Assembly: GCA_951406725.2 (NCBI GenBank)
Contig: OX597816.1
Location: 124,496,001-124,560,000 of the forward strand
Reading direction: 5' to 3'
DNA: 64,000 nt
DNA from: Octopus vulgaris
Taxonomy: Eukaryota
The notes below the pieces were generated by a model. That model was given only the letters and a program-made list of their open reading frames with translations. It was not told where the DNA came from and did not search any database. The position numbers were made by a program, and so were the translations under genes. Shown here in pieces: positions 41,719-52,984 of this stretch (its first letter is position 1; each line of letters opens with the position of its first letter).

Positions 41719-42290
41719 AACATTGTCTAAAATAATAAGGTACGTTTTATCATTTTTATGTCATTCAACCCAAAAGACCATCAAATTCCCAGTGGAATTC
41801 AAATGCTAACACATTTACTTGGTTTGTAAGAACCTTCCCCTCAAAACAACATAGATATTTCAATTCAGCAGCCCTTCTGTAAGCTATGCAGTGTGTGTGA
41901 GAGAGAGGGGAGAGAGAACATAGGAAACAATGAATGAAAGAAACATGAAACGAAAAAAATCGTATAAATAAAAGGGCAGTATTACAGATGTATACGCCCC
42001 GACTTTGATGTTGTGGCTTCAGAGTATATAGTGATTTATAAGAAAGAAATTTTCCGAGCGGGTGGAGAGTTTTGGAAAACTCACATGATCTGACTTTTTT
42101 CCCTCACAACTTTCAGGAAGATGGGTATCTTTTAATGTAAATTTATACAAATCCCTTTCAAACGGCAGAGATTACGATTATAAAGAAATTTGTGGGGAAT
42201 TATTTTTCAGGGATTTTCCTCATTTTTTCTTAAGCCACAGCCTTCGAAATGATGGGGTGAGGTGGGGCATCTTTGTATGAAAAAAGTTTT

Positions 42291-42452
42291 ACAGTTCTAT
42301 GTTGAAGAGATGAGGAATTATGTACATTATTTACATTTGACGGATATTTGTCCTCATCTTGTTTGTTGTTAACACAACGTTTCGGCTGATTTATCCAACA
42401 GCCTTCCTCAAGTGTCTTGGGGAAAGTTCGAAACTGGGTTCTCGTTCCTAAA
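42291..42452 (-). mobile_element. Isolated tail of the 31.1-31.7 kb SINE family, with mutated hammerhead core
   Basis: Minus strand GACAC-TTGAGGA-A-GGCTG...CAGCC-GAAACGTT-GTGTT; matches 31520-31667. Confidence 0.8.
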
Positions 42453-42459
42453 TGTACGC

Positions 42460-43268
42460 CGTGTGGACATGTAATGACACCCTAACCCTAACCAAATCTA
42501 AATCTTGCCCTAACCTTAACTCTAAAAAGTAACCCTAAAACTAACCTTCCCCTTCATATCGTTACGTAGATGCATCGGGTCCTCTGTATTTAAGTAGTGC
42601 CATTAAACTAACGGTTTCTGTCTGTTCTTGAATGGCTTACAAAGATCGTCCACACTGCAAATGGCCAGTAAGTTAGGTAATTACTATTAGAAGACGAGGA
42701 GAATAAAAAAGTTACGGATAAGTACTCGAAATTTGCACATCTTTCTCAGTTTCCAAACACTCTGGTACATCTAGCCAATATGTACACACACAAGTTACAC
42801 GAGCGAGTTCAACAGTGACACATTCGCGCGCACACATAGATATAGATACACACAAATGTAAGGCAATCAATGTGTGTGTGCGTGTGTGTGTGTATGTGTG
42901 TGTGTGTGAGTGTGTCTGTGTGTCTGTATGTGTGTGTTTGCTGTTCACTGACGAAACTTCGTGCTGCATTACTTTTGTGAAGTTTTGTCAGTGAACATGT
43001 CGCGGTTTCAAAGTGAAGAAAATATTTTGACACTAATGAAATTTTAATGTTGGAGTGAAACTGGTACAGCTTAAATACAGTGGTCCCTTAACGTTACTAC
43101 TTAAATACAGATGTACTACTTAAATACAAGTGTTACGTACAAGACATATTGGCTTGATGGTACAGAGTGTTTGGAAACTGAGAAAAAGGTGCAAATTTCG
43201 AGTACTTATCTGTAAATTTTTTATTCTCCTCGTCTTCTAATAGTAATTACCTAACTTGCTGGCCATTT
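42460..43268. mobile_element. Non-autonomous DNA element(s) with about 125-bp inverted repeats and a CCCTAA-like tract (Helentron/MITE-like)
   Basis: About 42659-42783 is the reverse complement of about 43146-43268; degenerate CCCTAA repeats at 42480-42548; GTATTTAAGTAGT / ACTACTTAAATAC short inverted repeats. Confidence 0.6.
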
Positions 43269-43439
43269 CTCACAGCTATCCCGCGTTCAAAATTTATATG
43301 GGTGTTTTGAGAATTTTCATTCAATAAATAACAAATAACGTTTACATTAGTAGAATAATAAATAATATATTTATAATATAACTAATATATTTATAATATA
43401 TTATTAATATATTTATAATAATAAATATAAATAATGTCT

Positions 43440-43630
43440 GTGTTTGTTCCACCAACACCGCTTGACAACTGATGCTGGTGTGTTTACGTCCCCGTAACAT
43501 TGCGGTTCGGCATAAGAGCCCGATAGAATAAGTACTAGGCTTACAAAGAATAAGTCCTAGGATAGATTTTCTCGACTAAAGGTGGTGCCCCAGCATGGCC
43601 ACTGTCAAATGACTGAAACAAGTAACAGAG
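43440..43630 (+). mobile_element. SINE family C 3' fragment
   Basis: Matches 40545-40725. Confidence 0.8.
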
Positions 43631-44199
43631 TAGAAGAATATATTACGTATACATTAATAGAATAAACTGTCGGTTTTCCAAATACCGATTGAAAACTTAA
43701 AAGGGAAAGTGAGAGACTTTGCAAATGAGAATGGAATACTCCGCAGTGAATGCAATGAATATTTAAATTTGCAGGAAATTGGAGTGAAAAGAATTGAAGA
43801 AAATTGAGAAATCGAAATGAATTTATGAAAATATTTCCAGACTATCAACCCTTTAATAATTGCTTTCTTTTAGTACTTTTGGTAATTCTTACATACTTAA
43901 GTAATAAGCAGCTTTCTCCATTATCGTATGGATATATACACATTGGAAGAATTCATAAAAAAAAAGACGCAGGCAGTTGGAGAATTCACATATATATATT
44001 GTGACCATCTTAGGTCATGAATGACCATGGGATTGCACCTAGAAAGTTACCCTCCGAGGCACAGGTCTGGGCAAGTTTGTTTATGGAAGACCAACAGTCG
44101 CCCACGCATACCAGCCTCCCCTCTCCACGCCACTGATGTTATCCAAGGGAAAGGCAAAGGCCGATACTGCTTGGCGCCAGTGGTGTCGCAGCTCATTTA

Positions 44200-44500
44200 A
44201 TAACGTGCAAGTGGCTGAGCACTCCACAGACACGTGTACCCTTAACGTAGTTCTCGGAGAGATTCAGCGTGACACAGAATGTGACAAGGCTGACCCTTTG
44301 AAATACAGATACAACAGAAACAGGAAGAAAGAGTGAGAGAAAGTTGTGATGAAAGAGTACAGCAGGGTTCACCACCACCCACTGCCGGAGCTTCGTGGAG
44401 CTTTAGGTGTTTTCGCTCAATAAACACTCACAATGGCCGGTCTGGGAATCGAAACCGCGATCCTCCGACCGCGAGTCCGCTGCCCTAACCACTGGGCCAT
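44200..44500 (-). mobile_element. Young tRNA-derived SINE, family D
   Basis: Minus head TGGCCCAGTGGTTAGGGCAGCGGACTCGCGGTCGG...GGTTTCGATTCCC with A and B boxes. Confidence 0.8.
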
Positions 44501-44509
44501 TGATGATAG

Positions 44510-45340
44510 TCAGTTGGAGCCAAATCTGTACAATAGTGTGTTTGATTAACCAGTTCAAAGCATCAGACATTGGAATCAAAGACTTCTTTGCTGGAGAGTT
44601 ATCTAGATAAAACAAGAATTCTTTCGTCATATGTCCTGAGCGTTTTGACTTGATAGCTTTTCATAACTTCTTCAGCATGTTGGCATGGTACACTCCATTG
44701 ACAGTGGGACCCTTTTCAAGCCAAAAAACTCGAGCCTTTGGCATCCCCCAAGAATGAGACCGTCACCTTTCCTGTAGATTAAACGACCTCATCCTTCTTT
44801 GGAACAGGCGAGAAGGTATGTTTCCACACCATAGATTATTTCCTTGTCTCCGGCTCTAAAGTGATGAATGTAACACTCCTACTGCTTGCGAAATGTTCGA
44901 AGAAACCAGGTGGATCTATCTCAAACAGTTTCAGATTTTTCCGTGATGTAACGTTTTTGACTAAGTGTCAAAAAATACGGCAGCACATTTGATCGGGAGT
45001 CTGGAAATACTTGATTACACATTAATCATCTGATAAAGTATCTTCTCTACAGAAGCGTCATCTCGTAATGAAGCAACCACGTCAGCATGTATGTTGCTGG
45101 AATATAAACCATTTTCTGCAGGTTCTTGATAACACCACTACGCAAGATTTTGTCTATTTTCAAGAGAAGTCGCTAACAGTTACTTTTGAAGTCTTCCTTG
45201 AACAGTCATGTTTCAGTTCACCTGAAAAGAAACAATGAGGTTATTATTTTAAAATATTTGAAATTAATGCAAGCAAGATTTCACTGCTCAAGCATCACCC
45301 CTTCATAGTAAGCCTATGTGCCTTTCAGCCCACCCTTGTA
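44510..45340 (-). mobile_element. Mariner remnant, same family as 50901-52158
   Basis: TIR-like GCCTATGTGCCTTTCAGCCCACCCTTGTA at 45312-45340; internal similarity to the 51-kb copy (EKGPTVNGVYHANMLKKL). Confidence 0.75.
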
Positions 45341-45899
45341 TGCATGTGTGTGTTTATGTGTGCGCACGTGCGCGTGTGTATGCGTGTGTTCGTTTGTTTG
45401 TTTGTGTGTACGTATGTATGTATGTATGTATGTATGTATGTATGTATGTATGTATGTATGTATGTATGTATGTATGTATGTATGTATGTGTATGCTTACA
45501 CACAACCACTCAAGAACTTACATAAACCATACATATGTACTTTGTTCCATTTTCATCCTGCGTCACAAGGGTTTGTTAAGAATGTCAACTCTTAATATAA
45601 GCACATAATTTCACTATAGTTTGGATTACTTTCTTTAAAAAAGAATAAATTCAATATTTTGCTTGATATTTATGATTCACTTTGAATTATTGCGGCATAG
45701 ACATCCAGAAAGTTTTTTTTTTTTCAACTTGAGTTTCATGAAATTTCGCAAAATGTATACAGTCAAATACAGAACTTAAAATATCTTTCATCTATTTTTA
45801 TTTTCTGAGAAAAGATTCTAGTTTTTTTTTTAAATTCCTGCACTCATTTACATTATTACTTTGAATGGATTATTTTCATAATCAGCTACTTGTTCCAAA

Positions 45900-46660
45900 G
45901 CATACTGCTGTAGCTAAGAGCCTCCAATAGTCTTACTTTTTCTCTCTGGAACTAAAAAGGGAAAAAATAAGAGAAAGCCAATTAACCTAAGACCTTTCCA
46001 ATGAAAAAAATATAGCCTAATGCAAAATTTCATCTATTTCAAACATATATGCAATCTTACATTCTCTTTTACATATTAAAATAAAATTATATGGCTTGGT
46101 GAACATATATCTTTACAAACGAAAGGTAAGTATTCAATGTATATCACATTAATATACATTATTTTAAATTGAAGTTTCTTGCGACGTTGTTCTAAGTTTT
46201 AACTCTACTGATTATACAAACGTTTGTGTAATTTGCAAATGGAAACTCGGAGTAACATAAAAAAGATCAATGTTCTAATTTACGTAATGATTCATCGCTT
46301 AGTTTTCGACAAATCAATAGGAATATTGAGATAGATATTAATGATAGTGAGTCAAAGTTAAGCTAGACTGGAGAATTAAAATTGAATGAACGCTTCATAG
46401 ATAGGCGAAAATTTCGTTTCTCGACCGGGAGGGGACGAATAATATTTAAAATCTAAAGTATCAAGCAGCACGTTATTTGGAAAACAGATACACGTGCATT
46501 TTGAAGTGTAGGTTAGATGTATGACAAAAGTTTAAGTAAAATCCAGAAAACATTGATATTAAGAAGATGCGTTTACATTACCGTATCGGGACACATTTGC
46601 GGGATGCTTCGTTGACAATGTGCGAGTCGTTAGCAGGAATATTGAGACACAATCGAATAA
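45900..46660 (-). pseudogene. Possible Cys-loop receptor remnant
   Basis: PANVSRYGNV...QCFLDFT (compare A.V...G.V...C.LD.T); KIAYMFEI; LIGFLLFFPFLVPE (end of TM1). Spacing is longer than usual. Confidence 0.3.
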
Positions 46661-46670
46661 TACTTTCGTG

Positions 46671-46709
<39 letters not shown>

Positions 46710-46957
46710 AGAGAGAGAGAGGGGGAGTAAATGTAAAGATAAGCAATGTAGGCAAGACGATATACGTAAAATATTAAATATATTTAATACAAAAAATGTA
46801 CATGTGCATACATGTAAAAAAAAGTCCGACTTACACAGAATAGAAATGATATCTACTTGCCTAACTTGCTTGTCCTTGTATTTTCTCCTCTACCTGCCCA
46901 AGTTCAGATCGGTTGAGTACTACGAAGTGTATTCTATACAGAGAATACCAGTCTGTA

Positions 46958-47035
<78 letters not shown>

Positions 47036-47039
<4 letters not shown>

Positions 47040-47415
47040 ACTTATATTAAAGGGATCAGAACAACCTCACCAACATGCTAGAGATAGATGCCGAATGACA
47101 CAAAAAATCACATTATTTCTCCTACAACACATGTATGCATATGATTGTGTGGCTTTGGTGTCCGTACAGGCATGTATGAATATTTGTGCTTACATACTTC
47201 AGAATATTGTGTAGAAGAAGATGACAGTATGTATTTCATTGCATTTAGCTTGAAATTAGTTCAATATACAATTAACTGGAAAGTTGCATTTATTATTTTT
47301 TATTTGCCAGTTTACAACTTGTGCTGTAGGAGAAATAAGGTGGTTTTTAGTGCCATTTGGCGTTTATCTCTATCATGTTGGTGAAGTTATTCGGATCCCT
47401 TTAATATAATTATGT
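47036..47415. mobile_element. MITE with about 95-bp imperfect terminal inverted repeats
   Basis: TTATATTAAAGGGATC...CTCCTACAACAC versus GTGCTGTAGGAG...GATCCCTTTAATATAA. Confidence 0.75.
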
Positions 47416-47524
47416 ATCTGATTATGAATTTAGTATATAAAAATTACCTACGAGGTTTTTAATTCACGCTGACCATTCAATAAAATCATTAAAATGATCT
47501 CATCCTTAATTCTGTAAAGAATAA

Positions 47525-47678
<154 letters not shown>

Positions 47679-47897
47679 TATATAACAATGATAAATATCA
47701 AAGTGAGTTGTATACAGTAGCGGTAACACATCGTGACGTATTTTTGCCATTTCAATATGGCTAACCCCTAAGGGTGGATGCTACTGTAGTTTTTAGCCCC
47801 AGGAGGACACACTCCTCCAGCTGGCCATAGACACACTATCTGTGTCCTGTCAGTATTTGCAAAGGGAAGTCATCCTTCCCGTCTTCAACTTATGATA

Positions 47898-47942
47898 CAC
47901 ACGGACTCGAGTTTCAAGGTATTGACCTCTCGTCAGCGTGTG
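47898..47942 (-). ncRNA. Type I minimal hammerhead ribozyme
   Basis: CACACG-CTGACGA-GAGG tcaata CCTT-GAAA-C TCGA G-TC-CGTGTG; G-U pair at the base of stem II. Confidence 0.85.
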
Positions 47943-48475
47943 ACAATCATAGTTGTCGCCGAGAATTAGATTTCCTTCACAAATACTTATACTTTTTCCA
48001 GCGTCCACTGTCGCTGATATTGAAAAAGTGAAATCAAACAATGATAAATATCAAAGTGAGTTATATACAGTAGCGGTAACACATCGTGACGTATTTTTGC
48101 CATTTCAATATGGCTAACCCCTAAGGGTGGATGCTACTGTAGTTTCTAGCCCCAGGAGGACACACTCCTCCAGCTGGCCATAGACACACTATCTGTGTCC
48201 ATTTGCAAATACTGACAGGACACAGATAGTGTGTCTATGGCCAGCTGGAGGAGTGTGTCCTCCTGGGGCTAAAAACTACAGTAGCATCCACCCTTAGGGG
48301 TTAGCCATATTGAAATGGCAAAAATACGTCACGATGTGTTACCGCTACTGTATATAACTCACTTTGATATTTATCATTGTTTGATTTCACTTTTTCAATA
48401 TCAGCGACAGTGGACGCTGGAAAAAGTATAAGTATTTGTGAAGGAAATCTAATTCTCGGCGACAACTATGATTGT

Positions 48476-48520
48476 CACACGCTGACGAGAGGTCAATACC
48501 TCGAAACTCGAGTCCGTGTG
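48476..48520 (+). ncRNA. Type I minimal hammerhead ribozyme, intact core
   Basis: Stem I CACACG/CGTGTG, core CUGACGA, stem II GAGG/CCUC, GAAA, palindromic stem III ACUCGAGU, predicted GUC cleavage after 48514. Confidence 0.9.
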
Positions 48521-48685
48521 TATCATAAGTTGAAGACGGGAAGGATGACTTCCCTTTGCAAATACTGACAGGACACAGATAGTGTGTCTATGGCCAGCTG
48601 GAGGAGTGTGTCCTCCTGGGGCTAAAAACTACAGTAGCATCCACCCTTAGGGGTTAGCCATATTGAAATGGCAAAAATACGTCAC

Positions 48686-48774
<89 letters not shown>

Positions 48775-48777
<3 letters not shown>

Positions 48778-48995
48778 ATCGAGTAGTAATTTGCTCCACT
48801 CTCTCCTTTGATCTCTCGGCCACTCACTGTTTTGCGAAACATTTTTGGGACATCAGACTCGAGAATGACACTCTGATCGCAAACCATTTCCATTTTGACC
48901 AGCTATTCCTTGCAATATGTCTCTGTTCGAATTGGTCTTTTCTCGTCACCAGTCAATATTCGGTCCAAAGAAACTTCATTCGTGACACATGACAG
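48775..48995 (+). mobile_element. Penelope GIY-YIG endonuclease C-terminal remnant
   Basis: HCFAKHFWDIRLENDTLIANHF resembles RF.EHLRDIR...DTPVA.HF. Confidence 0.5.
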
Positions 48996-49584
48996 CAAAG
49001 AAGAGGTATGCATCCACTCTCTGTGCGCGATTAGACTTGGAAAGTTTGTGAAGAACCCATTGACCCAATTTGCTGACTTTTTCTATGGCTCGAAGGTGTC
49101 GATGAATGGTTGAATGACCAAATGTAAGCTGCCTCAACAGTTACGATGGGATTTTGTTCTACCAGGGTTTGCTCTACGTCATTGTCGAGCTCTACAAATC
49201 TTTCAGCGCGAGGCTGGTCTTCTGGGCTGTAGTTTCCGGCTCGGAATTTCTGGAACCACAGTTGACACTGGCTTACGCTTATTATCGATCCCCATTCCCT
49301 GCATCGGTATTCCTCGCAATTTCTCTCGCGTTATTGCCTTTATTGAACTTATAAAGCAACATATGCCGAATATGCTCCTTCGACACTTCCATTATAACTT
49401 TGAAAAAATAACTGTTAAAATCGAACTGCGCTCCTCAAAACTTGCACTAAGAATAAGCCAAGGTAAAATTACTACCTGCTTTATAGCAAGTTGATGCAAG
49501 TAGTTTCTCCCGTCTCGCTCTGACTTTTAGTTCATACAATTGATAAAGCCACATTATTTATGGGAAGATCCAATATATAGATAT

Positions 49585-49972
49585 ACGATGGTTTTCTTTC
49601 GGTTTCTGTCTACCAAGTCTTCTCAGAAGGCTTTATTCGATCCAAGGTTATAGTAAAAAGCCACTTGCCCAAGGTGTTATACACTCATGCAATGGGACTG
49701 TACACGGGAGCATGTGCTTAGCAAGCAAGCGTTCTACTACACAACCTCATCTGCGAGCTGGCAGAATCGTTAGCACACCGGGCGAAAGGCTTAGAGGTGT
49801 TTCATCTGCCATTACGTTCTGAGTTCAAATTCCGCCGAGTTCGACTGTGCCTTTCATTCTTTCGGGGTTGATTAAATAAGTACTAGTTACGCACTGGTAC
49901 TTATGTAATCGACTTAATTCATTTGTCTTTGTTTGTCCCCTATATGTTTAGCCCCTTGTGGGCAATTAAGAA
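49585..49972. mobile_element. SINE family C fragment (minus) adjoining a SINE family A monomer (plus, 49753-49972)
   Basis: Similarity to the other copies in the window. Confidence 0.8.
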
Positions 49973-50900
49973 ATATATATACATATAGATAGATAGATGT
50001 GTGTGTACGTGTGTGCTTGCGCGCATGCATATCTGCGTATGTGATTAAAAGTTTCACTCAAAATATAACTGTAACAAAGAAACGATTTGGATTTTATAAG
50101 GAAATGATATAAAATAGAAACTAAGATGTTATAAACTAAGAGTGCTTCAGTGAGGTGACTAAGAAATACAAACGCGTTTCTTGAATCAAAGCCAGGTGGT
50201 AAAAGAGTTTATTTGAAACCCAAGCGATTCTCGATTCGATCCATTTGCATGCACTTTTGACGTGCTTCTTCTACCGATGCTTGATTTTGACTAATACCTT
50301 CCGAATGGAAAAGTCTATAGATAGAAGGTAACATATATGAGAAGGTCTTTTTATGTTTACACAGGGTAAATTAGTGTTTTGTATTTAGGGAGGGTCCTGC
50401 AATAGAGAGTAAATGAGGCTCAAGAGTCGGTACGATCGTCAAAATTTTATGGCGTAGGCGACCGAACGTGGTTGCAGACAAATTAATGAAAACCGATTAA
50501 ATAAATGAAAATATAATCAAAATGTACAAAAATAGTAAAACGAGTGGATGATGCAGACCAAAAAGATCAGAGAGGTGAATAACATGAGAACGGTGAGCTA
50601 GATTCTTTCTTTGTTAAAAATGTTTTCTTAGATAATTGCCCATCAGAATGTAAAAACCTATCGATGTGATCTGACACATACCAAATTCAATATTTTCTTT
50701 CGAGGAAGGAAATACAATGACTGTAAGAGATTTGAAATCTATAACCTATTAACTGGTAATCTGACACTTTTTTTTCATCCTCCATTTCATTGGATGGATT
50801 AACGAATATACGTCTAGATGATCGCCTAACTTGCAAGAAATATTAACCAAATGACCCTCAGGTCATACCTTGCAGTTTTATAAGAGAAGGACTTGTTGCG

Positions 50901-52158
50901 TGTGAGGGATGAATAGTTTATAGTCCGACTATGAAGGAGCTAGAGCTGTGAAATATTGCATGCCTTAATTTCAGTTCTTGATTTTAACAATGGCATTGTT
51001 TTATTCCAGGTAAACTTTCATCTGTCTGTTCAAAGAAAACTTCAAATGTAACTACTAGCAACTTCTTTTGAAAATTGGTAAAATTTAGCATCATGACGTT
51101 ATCAAGTACTTACAGAAAAAAGGGTTCAGTCCCCAAGGACATACATGCTGGTATGCTTCCTACGTTCGGAGGTAAGGCTCCAGCTTTATCTACAGTGCAG
51201 GCAGGAGTGGGCAGTAGGATTTAAGAGCGGAAGGGAAAGCCTTGAAGATGATCCAAGGTCTGGGCATCCTGCAAATACCACTACTGAGGAAAACATTGAT
51301 TATGTTCAGTACATGGGGATTGATAGCAGGTGATAGACTATAAATCAAATAGCCAATGGTATCAGTATATCCTTGCTCAATGGACGAAGTCTTCTTCTTA
51401 TTGTATGCTATGTTTTTTCATTCCTGATCGAAAGCGCACCAGGCTGGTAACATCAGGGAAAAATCTGACATTGTTTCAGACAGATCCAGCTGGTTTCTTT
51501 GAACGTTTCGCAACAAAGATGAGTGTTGGCTACAACGCTTTGAGCAAGAAGCAAAGAGACAATATATGCTGTGAAAACGCTCCTCACTTGCTCCAAAGAA
51601 GGCCATGGTCGTTTCATCTACACGGAAGGTGAGGGTGTCAGTATTTTGGGATGCAAAGGCATTCTGTTTACTGAATATCTTCAAAAGGGTTGCACCATTA
51701 ATGGAGCGTACTATGCCATCTTGCTCAGGAAATTTCAAATGTCTATCAAGACCAAGCGCCCTAGAGAGCTGACGGAAGTATTGTTAATTCACTAGGACAG
51801 TTCTCCAGCACACAAGTCCTTTGTTTCAATAGCTGCTGTGCATGGCTGTGACTTTGACTTTGGACTGGTCGGTCACCGTCCATATTCTCTGAATTTGGCC
51901 CCATCTAACTATCGTCTGTTCCCTGACATGAAAAAACACATTGCTCTGAACCAGTATCGCAGTGATGACACCACATCAGCTGTTGGGTGGCATTTTTTTT
52001 TACCAAAACAATGACAGTCTCTTTACCAAGCACTGCACCACCGATGGAAGAAGGGTGTGCACCACAAGGGAGACCATTTTGAAAAATAGACATCATTTAG
52101 TCACATTCCATGGGAGTATCGCGGTCAGTCTATGAACTTTGCATGCCGAACTTCGTAA
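50901..52158 (+). mobile_element. Near full-length decayed mariner transposon (irritans/Hsmar2-like)
   Basis: VIKYLQKKG; EWAVGFKSGRESLEDDPRSGHP; CKGILFTEYLQKGCTINGAYYAILL; HRPYSLNLAPSNYRLFP; degenerate TIRs; about 1.26 kb. Confidence 0.9.
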
Positions 52159-52637
52159 TTAAATTATTCTTGAATAAACCGCACCCAAAGGGAAACGCGA
52201 TAAATGATGGGAGATTTTCAATCATAGATCCACTTTATCAGGTACAAGAGCAATCTAAGCAGCAACAATCCCACCATGACGCCCGTATGTTACCCATTGT
52301 GTTTTCCCATGGAAAATTCACTTTCTATGCGAAGGGATTGGCAAGTCTTTTTTTTATATGAACACTCATTCATGCGGGCATATCTTCCCACGTCACTCCA
52401 CTGATGTTATGCATGAGAAAGTCCAGAGCCGATAGAGCTTGGCACAACTGTTATCGCAAGCAAACGTTGCTTTCAGAATTCAAAGATACTGCAAGTTATT
52501 TCCTCAGACGCTCTGAGAATACCAATGATTCCCGACTCTAGTTTGCTAATTTGTCAAACTCGAAATTATGCTGAACAATTTGCCTTCGGCATGATTTGAA
52601 CTGTAATCACTGAAATGTTTTCAATTTAATTTCCCGC

Positions 52638-52747
<110 letters not shown>

Positions 52748-52984
52748 GAAATAATAGTGATGACACGTTTTAGATATCAACATTCGATGATTCGAAATTC
52801 GAGTTTAACTGAGAGAGTACTGACTCAATCAGTTAGGTACATGGTAAGTATATAGATTCATTATAATATTGATTTGTTTTATTTGGTGCATGTGGTATAT
52901 TTAGATGAGTGTGATTGTAATCATTTGAATCGACCCTAGCATAAAAAGCTTAATTGTTTATATTATTGAATTTAGAATAAGAAA

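Larger units (their letters stand above)
47684..48685. mobile_element. Palindromic retrozyme/Penelope-pLTR-like insertion made of a 353-bp hammerhead unit, inside (TA)n
   Basis: Direct repeat with period 353 (AACAATG at 47684 and 48037). Left arm 47684-48200, inverted right arm 48202-48685; only about 3 differences noticed among copies. Confidence 0.9.

Noticed and set aside
42480-42548. Interstitial telomere or chromosome fusion site
   Set aside because: Short, degenerate and embedded in a repeat element.
44445-44500. tRNA-like sequence (also 31396-31456 and the heads of SINE families A and C)
   Set aside because: SINE heads with an incomplete cloverleaf, continuing into SINE bodies; not called as tRNA genes.
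46567-47214. Longest ORF in the track (215 aa)
   Set aside because: It stays open only because it runs through (TA)n, (GA)n and (TCTA)n tracts and a MITE.
47850-48568. Two identical 63-aa ORFs (47850-48041 minus, 48377-48568 plus)
   Set aside because: A by-product of the palindrome; non-ATG start, overlaps the hammerhead, and has no recognisable domain.
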